A stretch of DNA of 64,000 bases from Candidatus Gottesmanbacteria bacterium (GCA_963809665.1 CAWEKC010000005.1:11878-75877); one strand, 5' to 3'. Positions 37,341 through 47,811 are shown, numbered from the stretch's first letter. Notes: a model not told the origin generated them from the sequence alone. Numbers and translations: made by a program.

Positions 37341-37491
37341 AAATTCACTCATTCGAGGCAACTACACACGCAAACACTGCCAAATTTGGTTTAGGTTTGA
37401 ATATGATTTGTTGTGTCTCATGAATTGAATTTCGGCCTTCTCGTGGTGAAGCGAAAAAGCGCTCGTGCCTTGCATCTAAGGGCAAATATGT

Positions 37492-37520
37492 ATTCTACTC
37501 ACTCCCGCTTCGCTTGTCAA
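37492..37520 (-). promoter_or_regulatory. Promoter of the tRNA-Ala/23S/5S unit
   Basis: TTGACA-N17-TAGAAT. Confidence 0.8.
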
Positions 37521-37533
37521 CAACCATGCGGGG

Positions 37534-39072
37534 CTATTTTGTACCGCTCTTGGCCCGTTGAAAAATAATGTACGTCTCTCCAAGCCCATATCGCTTATAA
37601 GGTAAAGCGGTACCCATATCGTATTGATCCACTTTTTGGTTTAACGGGGCTTTCCCTGTTTTCTCTTCTTCCGCCCGCTGCTTCAGTATTTGCTGATAAT
37701 GAGCGACAATATCAGTGGTAGCGCCTGTTACTTTACGTACAATTTCTGCAGCCTGATCATAGGTGATACAACCGTCAGCAGTTATCCAATACGGAGGGTC
37801 TGTTTCCTCATTCGGTTCAGGATGCCACTCCGCTTGATCCCTCTCATATATAGCTGATACCTGTTGAAATTCGCTGTCTGTGGAAACCGGTAATTTATAA
37901 TCTGCAGGATTAGAATCGTCAAAGTAAACGTCACCCGTATACCTTTTATGTGTTAAAACCCCGACCGGTATATAGTCTTTCCGGCGGATGGCTGAATTAT
38001 CTAACGCCTGAATAACATATCCCCCGTCGGCGACGGAAGACAGAAGAACATTCTTATCCTGATTAAGGAACAATATATCGATTTTTTCCTCCGGCTTAAA
38101 TCTTATGGGATTTTGGTGATATGTCATGAATCCTATATTAGCAAGCGTATATGCGAGTTGCCTCGACCGCGTAACATACCGGACGTTCGGAAATATCGAC
38201 GAAAGGCTCATATCCGCATCTCCCCGACTATCCGTAACAGGCTGTACTACGATATTTGCCTTCGGATGTAACGTATCCTTAAATGCTCCCAACAGATTTA
38301 CTGTTGATTTGTTCATACGCATTCCGGGATAATCAGGGTCTCCTATTCTGTGTTCCCACTGATCGGAATCCGGATACCATGACGCCCGTTTCCATGTCTG
38401 AAGTGTTTGAAATTGTAATAGACGGGGCTTAAGGATAGTCACGCTCATTTTATTCAGTAATCGATATGCTTTGTTTAACTCCTCGTCGCTTGGAGTAGCA
38501 ATAGGGTCTATGTTCTCCCCCTTCAATAAGAACTTAATTGCTTCAATTTCTTCATTATGTTCTTTTACCCCTTTATTATCGTAAAAACGAAGTTGATACT
38601 TTGCATGTATGAGTAAAAATGCGTCCCTGGTTGAATATCCAACGGCTTCACGCAGCTGGTCTACACACTTTTTGTACGTAACGGAAAAATCGGGGTCTAG
38701 TTGAGTAAGTTGAATGAGATTGTACCAAACATCAGCCAGTTCGGATAATACGTTAGGCACATTTCGTTCCCTCTCAAAATGATCGCTAATTGCTGATGCT
38801 GCCTCGAAAATTTCGGGCGCCTTCACATGATTTGCTTTTTTTGTATAAATAGTAATACCGGTACATGTCTCTGCCTTGGTTATATCCACTTCCTCCGTCC
38901 CCACCAGAAAAAGCAGTTTTGCATCCGGTGATAAGACCCATCCGTTTCTATAATGCAGCTCTTCACGACGCAAATAGTTCCGTGCGACGGTACGATACAT
39001 CAGACGTTCCCACCAAGAATCCACACCCTGTTTTTCCGGGTAATCGTAATAGCGCTCAGCCTCCATTCTCAT
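37534..39072 (-). CDS. Hypothetical two-part protein with an N-terminal MazG/NTP-PPase-like motif
   Basis: 512 aa ORF; EIFE..SELADVWYNL helix motif; C-terminal half unassigned. Confidence 0.5.
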   Translation of the reverse strand: MRMEAERYYDYPEKQGVDSWWERLMYRTVARNYLRREELHYRNGWVLSPDAKLLFLVGTEEVDITKAETCTGITIYTKKANHVKAPEIFEAASAISDHFERERNVPNVLSELADVWYNLIQLTQLDPDFSVTYKKCVDQLREAVGYSTRDAFLLIHAKYQLRFYDNKGVKEHNEEIEAIKFLLKGENIDPIATPSDEELNKAYRLLNKMSVTILKPRLLQFQTLQTWKRASWYPDSDQWEHRIGDPDYPGMRMNKSTVNLLGAFKDTLHPKANIVVQPVTDSRGDADMSLSSIFPNVRYVTRSRQLAYTLANIGFMTYHQNPIRFKPEEKIDILFLNQDKNVLLSSVADGGYVIQALDNSAIRRKDYIPVGVLTHKRYTGDVYFDDSNPADYKLPVSTDSEFQQVSAIYERDQAEWHPEPNEETDPPYWITADGCITYDQAAEIVRKVTGATTDIVAHYQQILKQRAEEEKTGKAPLNQKVDQYDMGTALPYKRYGLGETYIIFQRAKSGTK

Positions 39073-39125
39073 AGAATGAGAGGATTATAGGGTGTCAGGA
39101 CAGGAAGATCAACTAATAGACGGCC

Positions 39126-40406
39126 TTATCTGTTTATTGCCTTGAGGATCCGCGTGAGGGCGAGGTAGAAAGCTGCGGTGCGCAGGTCCGTTTTGAACTT
39201 TTTGGAGGCCAGCCAGACATTCGTGGCCTGCGTCTGCATTTTTGCTTTCAGCTTCCGGTTGACCGCCTCTTTGGTCCAATGCTGGCCTTTGAGATTCTGT
39301 TCCCATTCAAAACAGGAGACCGAGACACCACCGGAGTTAGATAACACATCGGGGATAACCGGTATGCCGCGCGTATGTAAAATGGCATCCGCCTCGGGAG
39401 CCGTCGGGCCGTTGGCCATCTCCAGGACCACTTTTGCTTTAATCTTCGATGCGTTTTCACGCGTTAATACGTTTTCCAATGCAGACGGTACTAAAATGTC
39501 GACCGGCAATTCCAACAGTTCGGCGTTGGTTATCATCCTCCCTTTCTTCAGATCGCAGACGGAACCCGAACAATAACAGCCCGCTAGGTACCCGTTTTTC
39601 TTTTTACAGTCCAGCGTCAGCTCCGGGTTTATCCCTTCCGGAACAAAAATGCCGCCCTTGCTGTCCGACACCCCAACCACCTTGATCCCTGCATCAACGA
39701 GGAACTTCGTAACGTTGTAACCGACATTCCCGAATCCCTGAACTGCGGCAGTCAGTTTTCCCGCCAGTTTATGATGCCTAAGGATTGTTTGCAATACGTA
39801 CAGTCCGCCCAAACCCGTCGCCTCTGCCCTCCCTTCCGAGCCGCCGTCTTTGATAAGTTTTCCGGTAAATGTTGCGCGAAGATAATTCTTCTCTTTTTGT
39901 GTTTTTGCGTGACGCACCTTGATGAGTTCATCCGTCATCCACCCCATGATCATGCCGTTGGTGTTCACGTCCGGCGCCGGTACATCCGCTGCCGGCCCGA
40001 TATTATCGGCAATGGCGCGTACATAGGCGCGCGATAACCGTTCCAATTCACCCTCCGAAAGTGTTTTGGGGTCCACAATAATACCGCCTTTTCCCCCGCC
40101 CAACGGGAGATCGGCAACAGCGCATTTTATAGCCATCCAAAATGATAATGCTTTTACCTCATCCAGGTTAACGTCACGGTGATACCGGATGCCCCCTTTG
40201 TACGGCCCGAGCGCGTTATTGAACTGCGACCGGTATCCCTGAAAAATCCGCAGAGATCCGTTGTCCATCGTTACGGGTATCGCGACATTAAGAATCCGCT
40301 GCGGTTGGGAAAGAAGGGTCAGAAGAAGTGTTGACTCTTTTTTAGGGAATAATGTTGCTGCTTTTTTCAGCTGTTGCATCGCGCTTTCAAACGGGTTGAT
40401 GTTCAT
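39126..40406 (-). CDS. gdhA: Glu/Leu/Phe/Val dehydrogenase (glutamate dehydrogenase)
   Basis: GPYKGGIRY, GGGKGG, DVPAPD, QGFGNVG and EMANGP motifs. Confidence 0.93.
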   Translation of the reverse strand: MNINPFESAMQQLKKAATLFPKKESTLLLTLLSQPQRILNVAIPVTMDNGSLRIFQGYRSQFNNALGPYKGGIRYHRDVNLDEVKALSFWMAIKCAVADLPLGGGKGGIIVDPKTLSEGELERLSRAYVRAIADNIGPAADVPAPDVNTNGMIMGWMTDELIKVRHAKTQKEKNYLRATFTGKLIKDGGSEGRAEATGLGGLYVLQTILRHHKLAGKLTAAVQGFGNVGYNVTKFLVDAGIKVVGVSDSKGGIFVPEGINPELTLDCKKKNGYLAGCYCSGSVCDLKKGRMITNAELLELPVDILVPSALENVLTRENASKIKAKVVLEMANGPTAPEADAILHTRGIPVIPDVLSNSGGVSVSCFEWEQNLKGQHWTKEAVNRKLKAKMQTQATNVWLASKKFKTDLRTAAFYLALTRILKAINR

Positions 40407-40407
40407 A

Positions 40408-41127
40408 TTAATAAAATAATTCAGATTTCACCTGGTTGTCCTGGACGCCGGCGGCTTTCAATTTCGCACGAATATCCGCCACCATCGCTTTATTGCCACA
40501 CACATAGTACTCTGCGTCCTTGAGATTTTGCTGAGAAAATAGGTAATCCTGTACATGTCCTCCGCGCCAGCCGGCGGACTGACCTGTCGTATGGGGCTGC
40601 GAAAGAATAAGCATATAATGAAAATTCGGATATTGATTCTGTAGCTGCTCAAATTCTTTTTGCCAAAAAATATCCTCCTCATGGCGGAGCCCCCAATAGA
40701 GCATGACGTCCGCTGCACCCCCGGAAGCTAAATAATCCCTCGCTATCACGTAAAACGGCGTCATACCGGTACCGGTGGCAACTAATACTTTATTCCGCGG
40801 GCTTTTCCGATCGAGGATAAACGCACCCAGTGGCCCCATAAACTCCATTTCGTCCCCGACCTTGGCCGAAATCGCCCACTTCGAATACGGTCCCATGGGC
40901 GACACGTCATGGAAAAATGTTATTGAGTTCTTTTCCGAAGGAGGAGACGCAATGGACATGGTGCGGTTGATGCCGGGCGCCACATACAACATCACTGTTT
41001 GACCCGCGATAAAGGTAATTTCTTTAGGCTCAATGAGTTCGAACCGTTCAAGATACACCTTGCTTGAAATTTTATCGATCGCCGCGAGCCGGGCTTTAAA
41101 TCTTTGAGGGGTGGTAAGTGTCATCAT
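40408..41127 (-). CDS. FAD/NAD(P)-binding oxidoreductase (ferredoxin reductase-like)
   Basis: RTMSIAS, GPLG, VATGTGMTP, YVCG motifs and a terminal aromatic residue. Confidence 0.88.
   Translation of the reverse strand: MMTLTTPQRFKARLAAIDKISSKVYLERFELIEPKEITFIAGQTVMLYVAPGINRTMSIASPPSEKNSITFFHDVSPMGPYSKWAISAKVGDEMEFMGPLGAFILDRKSPRNKVLVATGTGMTPFYVIARDYLASGGAADVMLYWGLRHEEDIFWQKEFEQLQNQYPNFHYMLILSQPHTTGQSAGWRGGHVQDYLFSQQNLKDAEYYVCGNKAMVADIRAKLKAAGVQDNQVKSELFY
40561..40578. repeat. GC hairpin TCCGCGCCAGCCGGCGGA, in frame (SAGWRG)
   Basis: Its reverse complement resembles 16131-16145 in rho; lies in a loop position. Confidence 0.4.
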
Positions 41128-42068
41128 ATGGAGGTGGCTTCAAGATATCTCTGCACATCAAGAGCAGCCATACAGCCCATACCAGCAGCTACAACGGCCT
41201 GGCGGTATTGGAAATCCACACAATCGCCTGCGGCAAATATCCCGGGGACATTCGTTCCGGTATGGTAATCGCCGGGTTTGCGAAGACCATGGACAGACAC
41301 ATATCCTTTCGGATCGTGTTCCAGCAATTCACCTAAGAATCCTGTGTTTGGCTTATGTCCGATTGCCAAAAACACTCCCTGAGTCGGATATACCTCGACC
41401 GTACCGGTCGAGGTATCTTTCATACGCACGCCCGTCACTGCAGTATCGCCTAAAATTTCTTCGATGATTTTATTCGTGAGCATGGTGATCTTGGGATTCT
41501 TTTTGGCACGCGCCAGCATTATTGGGCTTGCCCGGAACGCTTCCCTTCTATGAATAATCGTTACTTTTGTTGCGAATGTCGTTAAGAAATTTCCATCTTC
41601 CATCGCCGTATCCCCGCCGCCTATAACGACCACTTCTTTGCCTTTGAAGAAAAATCCGTCACACGTGGCACATGCGGATACACCGTGACCGGTTAGTTTT
41701 TTTTCTGACGGCAGCCCTAAATACATCGCAGAGGCGCCGGCGGCTACAATGACCGCCCGTGCCTCATATTGCTTTCCGCCTGCGGTAATAACGAATGTAT
41801 TCCCTTTTTGTGCTTTTGACACGTTTGATACTTCGGATACCTCTATCTCCGTCCCGAACCGGCTAACCTGCGCCTTCATGTCGAGCATCAGCTGCGGTCC
41901 CGTTATCCCTTTCGGAAACCCGGGGAAATTTTCGATTTCCGTCGTTGTGGTAAGCTGCCCGCCCTCCTCCAAACCCGTAAAAATCTTCGTTTTCAGGAAT
42001 GCACGTGAGGTATAGAGGGCTGCGGTGTATCCGGCAGGACCGCTGCCGATAATGATGACGTCGTACAT
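41124..42068 (-). CDS. trxB: Thioredoxin-disulfide reductase
   Basis: GSGPAG, CATCD, GGGDTA and FAAGD..YRQA motifs. Confidence 0.97.
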   Translation of the reverse strand: MYDVIIIGSGPAGYTAALYTSRAFLKTKIFTGLEEGGQLTTTTEIENFPGFPKGITGPQLMLDMKAQVSRFGTEIEVSEVSNVSKAQKGNTFVITAGGKQYEARAVIVAAGASAMYLGLPSEKKLTGHGVSACATCDGFFFKGKEVVVIGGGDTAMEDGNFLTTFATKVTIIHRREAFRASPIMLARAKKNPKITMLTNKIIEEILGDTAVTGVRMKDTSTGTVEVYPTQGVFLAIGHKPNTGFLGELLEHDPKGYVSVHGLRKPGDYHTGTNVPGIFAAGDCVDFQYRQAVVAAGMGCMAALDVQRYLEATSI

Positions 42069-42072
42069 ACCT

Positions 42073-42396
42073 TTAATGTATTAATTTATTCAATTCGCCC
42101 ATCAACGTTTCTTTCGATTGTACCCCGATAAACTGCTTTACGACCGTGCCGCCTTTGAAAATCATCAGGGTCGGTATGCTCATAATCCCGAATTTCTGCG
42201 AGACTTCTGGGTTTTCATCAACATTGAGCTTCCCGACTTTCGCTTTGCCGTCCAAAGCTTTGGCAACATCCTCCACGATGGGTCCCTGTATTTGGCACGG
42301 ACCGCACCACACTGCCCAAAAATCCACTAATACCGGCTTGTCATGCTTAATGACTTCCGCATCAAAATTTTTATCGGTAATCGTAACATCTGCCAT
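42073..42396 (-). CDS. trxA: Thioredoxin
   Basis: DFWAVWCGPC and SIPT motifs. Confidence 0.97.
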   Translation of the reverse strand: MADVTITDKNFDAEVIKHDKPVLVDFWAVWCGPCQIQGPIVEDVAKALDGKAKVGKLNVDENPEVSQKFGIMSIPTLMIFKGGTVVKQFIGVQSKETLMGELNKLIH

Positions 42397-42459
42397 ATAT
42401 CTGCCTCCTTAAGGCTCTTAAGTGTACCACTGTTAATTTTATTGTACAATAAGTTTCTT

Positions 42460-42885
42460 ATGCGTATATTTTTTGCCGGCCCGCTAACGGATCTTAAGAA
42501 CCCTGTAAAAACAAAAGCATTCTATCGCCGCCTGGCTGACGTGGCCAAAGCAAACGGCCATGACTACTTTTGGGCATTTTTAAACGGCAATGACCCGATA
42601 CTCAATCCCGACGTGTTACCTACGGATATCTACCAATCGGACATAGCGCAACTATCCAAAAGCGATGTCATGGTCGCCTACATGGGCGAGCCCTCAATCG
42701 GAACCGGTATCGAAATTGAATATGCCAACGCACACACTATCCCCGTCTATATCCTCTATGAAAAGGGAAAACGCGTCTCACGAATGCTTCGCGGCTGTCC
42801 GGCAGTCAAAAAGGAAATCGTTTTCACATCCCCCGAAGACGCACTCAAACAATTTGATACCCTGCTTTCGCAACTACGTCCGTGA
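42460..42885 (+). CDS. Nucleoside 2-deoxyribosyltransferase / RCL-like N-glycosidase
   Basis: IFFAGP, SD...SDVMVA, PSIGTGIEIEYA and SRML.G motifs. Confidence 0.8.
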   Translation: MRIFFAGPLTDLKNPVKTKAFYRRLADVAKANGHDYFWAFLNGNDPILNPDVLPTDIYQSDIAQLSKSDVMVAYMGEPSIGTGIEIEYANAHTIPVYILYEKGKRVSRMLRGCPAVKKEIVFTSPEDALKQFDTLLSQLRP

Positions 42886-43045
42886 TCTTTTTTTCTCCCG
42901 TCGTTTTCTCGTTAAATTCGACAGAAAGCGTTTGTGAAGCATAGTTGCATACTGCCCTAACCCCGGCATCCTCGAGGTCGCTTTCGATGAGAAGCGCACA
43001 GCTTGTGCAGTGCATCCCTTTCACTTTGAATGTTTTAGTCGTCAT
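42845..43045 (-). CDS. HMA copper chaperone (CopZ-like)
   Basis: GMHCTSC motif and C-terminal AGY. Confidence 0.88.
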   Translation of the reverse strand: MTTKTFKVKGMHCTSCALLIESDLEDAGVRAVCNYASQTLSVEFNEKTTGEKKITDVVAKAGYQIV

Positions 43046-43047
43046 AG

Positions 43048-44067
43048 TCAGTCCACCACGGTAAATGCGCCGGTATACATGCCCATACTGCATGAATATG
43101 CAAGCCGTCCGGCTTTTTGCGGCGTAAATTCTATCGTCTCATTGCCCGTCACAGGCAGAACTTTGGAAATATTGAGGTCCGGTATGGTGAAGGCTCTCGC
43201 ACACCCCTGTGTGTTATTCGTCGAAAGGGTGAGCTTCACGGGCGAACCGCGTTTTAACGTATCTGCGTTTGCAGAATACCCGCGGCTGGTTACCGTAATC
43301 GTAACGTCCTGTACCCCGCCTGTAACCGCTGCCGCATTTCCCGCGGCAATCTGGCCGGCGGGTGTGGTTGCCGCACGCCAATAATTCTGCAGCGTATACG
43401 GCGATCCGTTGAGTCCCAATCCCCCGTTAATCGACAAAACGGCAAATACCGCGATAATCCCTGCGGCTGCATAGGAAAATGCTTTCTTTTGTAAAAGCTG
43501 GACAACGGTCGCGCCCAATACAAAAAATACCGGACTTGTTCCCAAAATGAAGGCAAACATGATGGCCGCGCCGCTAAACGGGTTGCCGCTGGCTACCGCA
43601 ACCGCCATGGTTGCCTGTGTAACCCCGCAGGGCAACAGAATGGTCAGGAACCCCAGCAGTGCCGGCGCAAAGAGAGATTGGCTCCGGCTCGTGTTTTTCA
43701 TCAGCCGGAATGCCCACCGCGGCGGCTGGATCACAAAATACCGGAAGACGGGATGGGCGTCGATCATGCGAAGCGCCGTTGCGATCATAAAGATTCCCGC
43801 CGCAATTTGCACCCATCCTAATACTTTCGGGGTCAGGGTCAATGTTGATCCGATAAACCCGAGCAAAAATCCCAGGAAGGTATAGGCTACGAGTTTGGCA
43901 ATGACAAACATGCCAACCTGCAGCCACCGGTTGGCGGGTACGGCCTGCGGATCCGGTGATTCGCCCGGTTTGCTCATGGCTGTTGCCAGAAGCCCCCCTT
44001 GCACAGCCAGACATGAAATGCCGCCTGTTGTGAGCCCTGTTATAAACGCAAGCCACAAAATATTCAT
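43048..44067 (-). CDS. TauE/SafE/DsbD-like membrane protein with C-terminal cupredoxin domain
   Basis: SCLAVQGG and LPCG motifs, multiple TMs, C-terminal GC...YSCSMGMY. Confidence 0.85.
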   Translation of the reverse strand: MNILWLAFITGLTTGGISCLAVQGGLLATAMSKPGESPDPQAVPANRWLQVGMFVIAKLVAYTFLGFLLGFIGSTLTLTPKVLGWVQIAAGIFMIATALRMIDAHPVFRYFVIQPPRWAFRLMKNTSRSQSLFAPALLGFLTILLPCGVTQATMAVAVASGNPFSGAAIMFAFILGTSPVFFVLGATVVQLLQKKAFSYAAAGIIAVFAVLSINGGLGLNGSPYTLQNYWRAATTPAGQIAAGNAAAVTGGVQDVTITVTSRGYSANADTLKRGSPVKLTLSTNNTQGCARAFTIPDLNISKVLPVTGNETIEFTPQKAGRLAYSCSMGMYTGAFTVVD

Positions 44068-44071
44068 ATTA

Positions 44072-44132
44072 TTGACAATAAAGGAATTTTACCGTAAAGT
44101 CATTATATCCCCCATGGGGGGATAAAAGTCAA
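44072..44132. promoter_or_regulatory. Overlapping divergent promoters with a CsoR-type operator at 44106-44124
   Basis: TATCCCCCATGGGGGGATA C/G-tract pseudo-palindrome; TTGACA-17-TAAAGT (+) and TTGACT-19-TATAAT (-). Confidence 0.75.
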
Positions 44133-44142
44133 GGAGGCAATT

Positions 44143-44421
44143 ATGCCGAAAGGAATACCGAGAGATCAATCCGTCCAGCAAAAAATTCTACACCGCTTTA
44201 AAATTGCACGCGGCCAGCTGAATAGTGTTATTGCGATGGTCGAAAAAGGTCATTACTGTATCGATATTATTCATCAGTCTATTGCCGTGCAGGCGGCCCT
44301 CCGACAAGCCGATGAGGCAATTCTCAAGAATCACATGCAGACATGTGTGGCGGAGGAAGTGAAAAAAGGCAATACCAAAGAAGTGATAGACGAAATCATG
44401 AAAGTAATGGAGAAAAAATAA
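44143..44421 (+). CDS. csoR: CsoR-family copper-sensing repressor
   Basis: R...ARGQ, YCIDI..Q and H...C ligand pattern; AAGGAGG SD. Confidence 0.9.
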   Translation: MPKGIPRDQSVQQKILHRFKIARGQLNSVIAMVEKGHYCIDIIHQSIAVQAALRQADEAILKNHMQTCVAEEVKKGNTKEVIDEIMKVMEKK

Positions 44422-44422
44422 T

Positions 44423-44776
44423 ATGGAAAAATTTGTTGTTACCATCGGGGGACTTGGCCTTATTGCCGGTATTTATTGGTTCTTCTTCGGCAAAAAAGAA
44501 TATGCAGTGTCTGTCGATAAATCGGTCACGATCACGGTAGACGGCGGATATAAGCCACGGTCCATACATATCAGTCTGAAGAAAAAAACGATTCTCGTGT
44601 TTATCCGCAAAGACCCGAACACGTGTCTTGAGGAATTGGTAATCCCGGATTTAAAGATAAAAAAATACTTACCCATGCATACGCCGGTCACCGTTACGAT
44701 CTCCCCTACCAAACCCGGCACCTATGATTTCCACTGCGGGATGAATATGTTTCATGGCTCGATACACGTCACATAG
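44423..44776 (+). CDS. Membrane-anchored cupredoxin (CupA-like)
   Basis: N-terminal TM, GGYKP, CLEE and FHCGMNM motifs. Confidence 0.88.
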   Translation: MEKFVVTIGGLGLIAGIYWFFFGKKEYAVSVDKSVTITVDGGYKPRSIHISLKKKTILVFIRKDPNTCLEELVIPDLKIKKYLPMHTPVTVTISPTKPGTYDFHCGMNMFHGSIHVT

Positions 44777-44780
44777 GTAT

Positions 44781-47010
44781 ATGAAGACAACATTTCCCAT
44801 CGTCGGTATGCACTGCGCCAGCTGCGCAAATCTGATTGAAAAAAAATTAAAAAAAACACCCGGTGTATCGTCTGCTGATGTTAATTACGGCAGCGAACAG
44901 GCGATGGTCGAGCATGACAACACGGTTACTCCTTCCGTATTATCCGGAGCGGTTTCTGACATCGGCTACAAAGCGGTGTTTGCCGAGACTTCGGAAGCGG
45001 CTGTTGATACAAAAAGTGCGGACGAATTAAAAGAACAGGCAAAAAAGAACGAACTTCAGATACTACGCCGTAAAGTGACCGTGTCAGCCGTCCTCACAAT
45101 TCTTATTCTCATAGGAAGCATTCCGCATATGATCCCCGGCTTCCGGATGTTTGTAGAACTCCCCGCGTGGACTACTGCTTCTTTTAACTCTGCCGGTACA
45201 ATTTTGGGCCGGACGTGATTTTTATCTGGCGACCTGGTCGGGCCTGAAAAACCGGACGGCAAGTATGGACACCCTTATCACCATCGGTACAACCGCTGCA
45301 TTCGGCTACTCACTGGCAATAACCCTGTTCCTCCCGCAAATGATCGCATGGGGATTCCCGCAAACGCTCTATTTTGATGTCGCGACGGTCGTTATCACCC
45401 TCATTTTACTGGGCAGATTCCTTGAAGCCAAAGCCAAAGCGCATACAGGTGATGCGATAAAAAAACTCCTGCATCTTGCGGCAAAAACCGCAAGAGTTGT
45501 CAGAAACGGATCGGAAGCAGATATTCCAATAGATGACGTTGTTGCAGGTGACGTAATCCGCGTACGGCCGGGTGAAAAAATTCCTGTGGACGGTAAAATT
45601 ACCCAAGGGTTTTCCAGTGTTGATGAGTCGATGATCACCGGCGAATCCATACCGGTTGAAAAAAAGACGGGAGATGCAGTGATCGGTGCGACGATCAATA
45701 AAACCGGAACGTTTCTTTTCATCGCGACGAAAGTCGGGAACCAAACCATGCTTTCCCAAATTATCCGGATGGTCGCAGAGGCCCAAAGCTCCCGCGCACC
45801 AATTGCAAGGCTCGCCGATACCGTCTCTTCGTATTTCGTTCCCATCGTCCTCATGCTGGCGGCCGCAACGTTTATTGTGTGGTTTGATACCGGCACGTTT
45901 ATCCAGGCGTTTACCAATATGATTGCCGTCCTTATTATTGCCTGCCCGTGCGCAATGGGTTTGGCGACCCCAACGGCAATTATGGTCGGCACGGGACGCG
46001 GAGCGGAACTCGGGATCCTAATTAAAAATGCGGAAAGCCTGGAAATTGCAAACAAAATAAATGTTGCAGTATTTGATAAAACAGGCACGCTGACGACAGG
46101 AAAACCGGTCGTAACGGATATTGTCGCTCTCGATGGAAATGAACATAGTCTCGTTACCATCGCGGCGTCTCTTGAGCAGGGATCGGAACATGCACTCGCT
46201 GACGCCATTGTCCAAAAAGCGAAATCAGACGGAGGAAAACTCATTGAGGTCACTAAATTTGCCGCAATTCCGGGCCATGGTATATCAGGGATAGTGAATA
46301 AACAGCGGATGTATTTTGGCAACAGATTGCTCATGAACAAAGAAAAAATTCCGTTAACGATGGAAGAAAAAAGCATAGAAACACTGGAACACCAGGGTAA
46401 AACTGTTATGCTTCTGGCCGGCAAAACACTGCTGGGTGCCATAGCAGTTGCCGATACGCTGAAACCGGAGTCTAAAGAGACAGTTAGCTCTCTTGAGCGT
46501 ATGGGTGTTGCCGTATGGATGGTCACGGGAGATAACGCGCGGACAGCGGGAGCCATTGCCAAACAGGCAGGCATTTCGCGGGTTGCTGCGGGTGTCTTAC
46601 CGCACGAAAAAGCAGATAAAATCCGGAGTCTGAAAGAAAATAATCAGGTGGTCGCTTTTGTCGGCGACGGCATCAACGACGCGCCCGCCCTTGCTGCCGC
46701 GGATGTCGGAATCGCCATGGGAACCGGAACAGATGTAGCGATAGAGTCTGCCGGAATTACATTATTGAACAAGAATCTTACTAGTGTAATTTCTGCGATC
46801 AAATTATCACGGGCGACCCTTTCCATCATCAAACAAAACCTCTTTTGGGCATTCGGCTACAATGTTATTCTTATTCCTGTCGCAATGGGAGTCCTCTACC
46901 CTATTGCCGGGATATTTTTAAACCCCGCACTTGCCGCATTTGCCATGGCGGCAAGCAGCGTATCGGTTGTTACCAATTCGCTGCGCCTGAAAAATGCACG
47001 GATTACTTGA
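44781..47010 (+). CDS. copA: Cu(I)-exporting P1B ATPase, apparent frameshift near 45161-45171
   Basis: [27 protein letters not shown] and YN..LIP motifs. The two track ORFs join through [14 protein letters not shown] in the shifted frame. Confidence 0.93.
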
Positions 47011-47410
47011 CAGTGAGCGTCCCGACCATTCCTTTATCTTTGTGCGTCGGCACGCTGCAGAAATACGTAAACGTTCCAGCCTGGTCGGCCGTAAATGTCA
47101 CGGTGTCAGATTCCCCAGGGGAAAGTGTTTTACTTTTCACGTTTAGCTCCGCAATGGTGAAATTGTGAGGGAATGCACCGCCATTGGTAAACGTTACGTT
47201 CACCGTATCACCTTTGTTTACGCTCAGGGTATTAGGTGAAAATGCAAATTCACTCCCCGAAACTGTAAAGTTTTTCACCGCCCCGGTTGACGACGAAGTC
47301 GGTAGTGCCGTCACTTGAGCCGAACTATACGCGCCTCCGCCTTTCATAAGAAAATATCCCACTGCACCCAAAACAATAACGATAACAGCTATCATAAGTA
47401 CTTTATTCAT
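47003..47410 (-). CDS. Membrane-anchored cupredoxin (plastocyanin/azurin-like)
   Basis: PHNF and [13 protein letters not shown] type-1 copper ligands. Confidence 0.88.
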   Translation of the reverse strand: MNKVLMIAVIVIVLGAVGYFLMKGGGAYSSAQVTALPTSSSTGAVKNFTVSGSEFAFSPNTLSVNKGDTVNVTFTNGGAFPHNFTIAELNVKSKTLSPGESDTVTFTADQAGTFTYFCSVPTHKDKGMVGTLTVK

Positions 47411-47502
47411 ATATTAACCTCCTTTCCTACTCTAGGTATAAAGTAATCTCCTGGTATAAGTCTGTAATCCTGGTTACATACCGCTACGCGTATAATAGAA
47501 AT

Positions 47503-47811
47503 ATGACCCCATTGGCAATAAAAACATACAAGCTTCTTAAAATCGTCCCCGCAGGCCGCGTGACGACATACAAGGCCGTAGCTGACGCACTGGGAACCCG
47601 CGCATACCGCGCGATCGGACAATTCATGAAACATAATCCCTACGCCCCCGTAGTCCCCTGCCACCGTGTCGTGGCTTCGGACGGTACAATCGGTGGGTTT
47701 AACGGAGGAATTGCTAAAAAGATACGGATGCTTCGAAAAGAAGGGGTCAAAATCACGGGGAACAGGATTATCGATTTCCCCGCCGTACTATTTCTTTTTC
47801 CAGCCTCCTGA
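47503..47811 (+). CDS. MGMT-family methylated-DNA-protein cysteine methyltransferase (single domain)
   Basis: GRVTTY, RAIG and NP...VPCHRVV motifs. Confidence 0.9.
   Translation: MTPLAIKTYKLLKIVPAGRVTTYKAVADALGTRAYRAIGQFMKHNPYAPVVPCHRVVASDGTIGGFNGGIAKKIRMLRKEGVKITGNRIIDFPAVLFLFPAS

Noticed and set aside
42845-42885. 41-bp convergent overlap of the deoxyribosyltransferase and HMA genes
   Set aside because: Both C-termini look normal, and 3' overlaps are common in compact genomes.
45369-46574. 401-aa antisense ORF over copA
   Set aside because: Typical antisense shadow of a conserved gene, with no recognisable domain or initiation signal.
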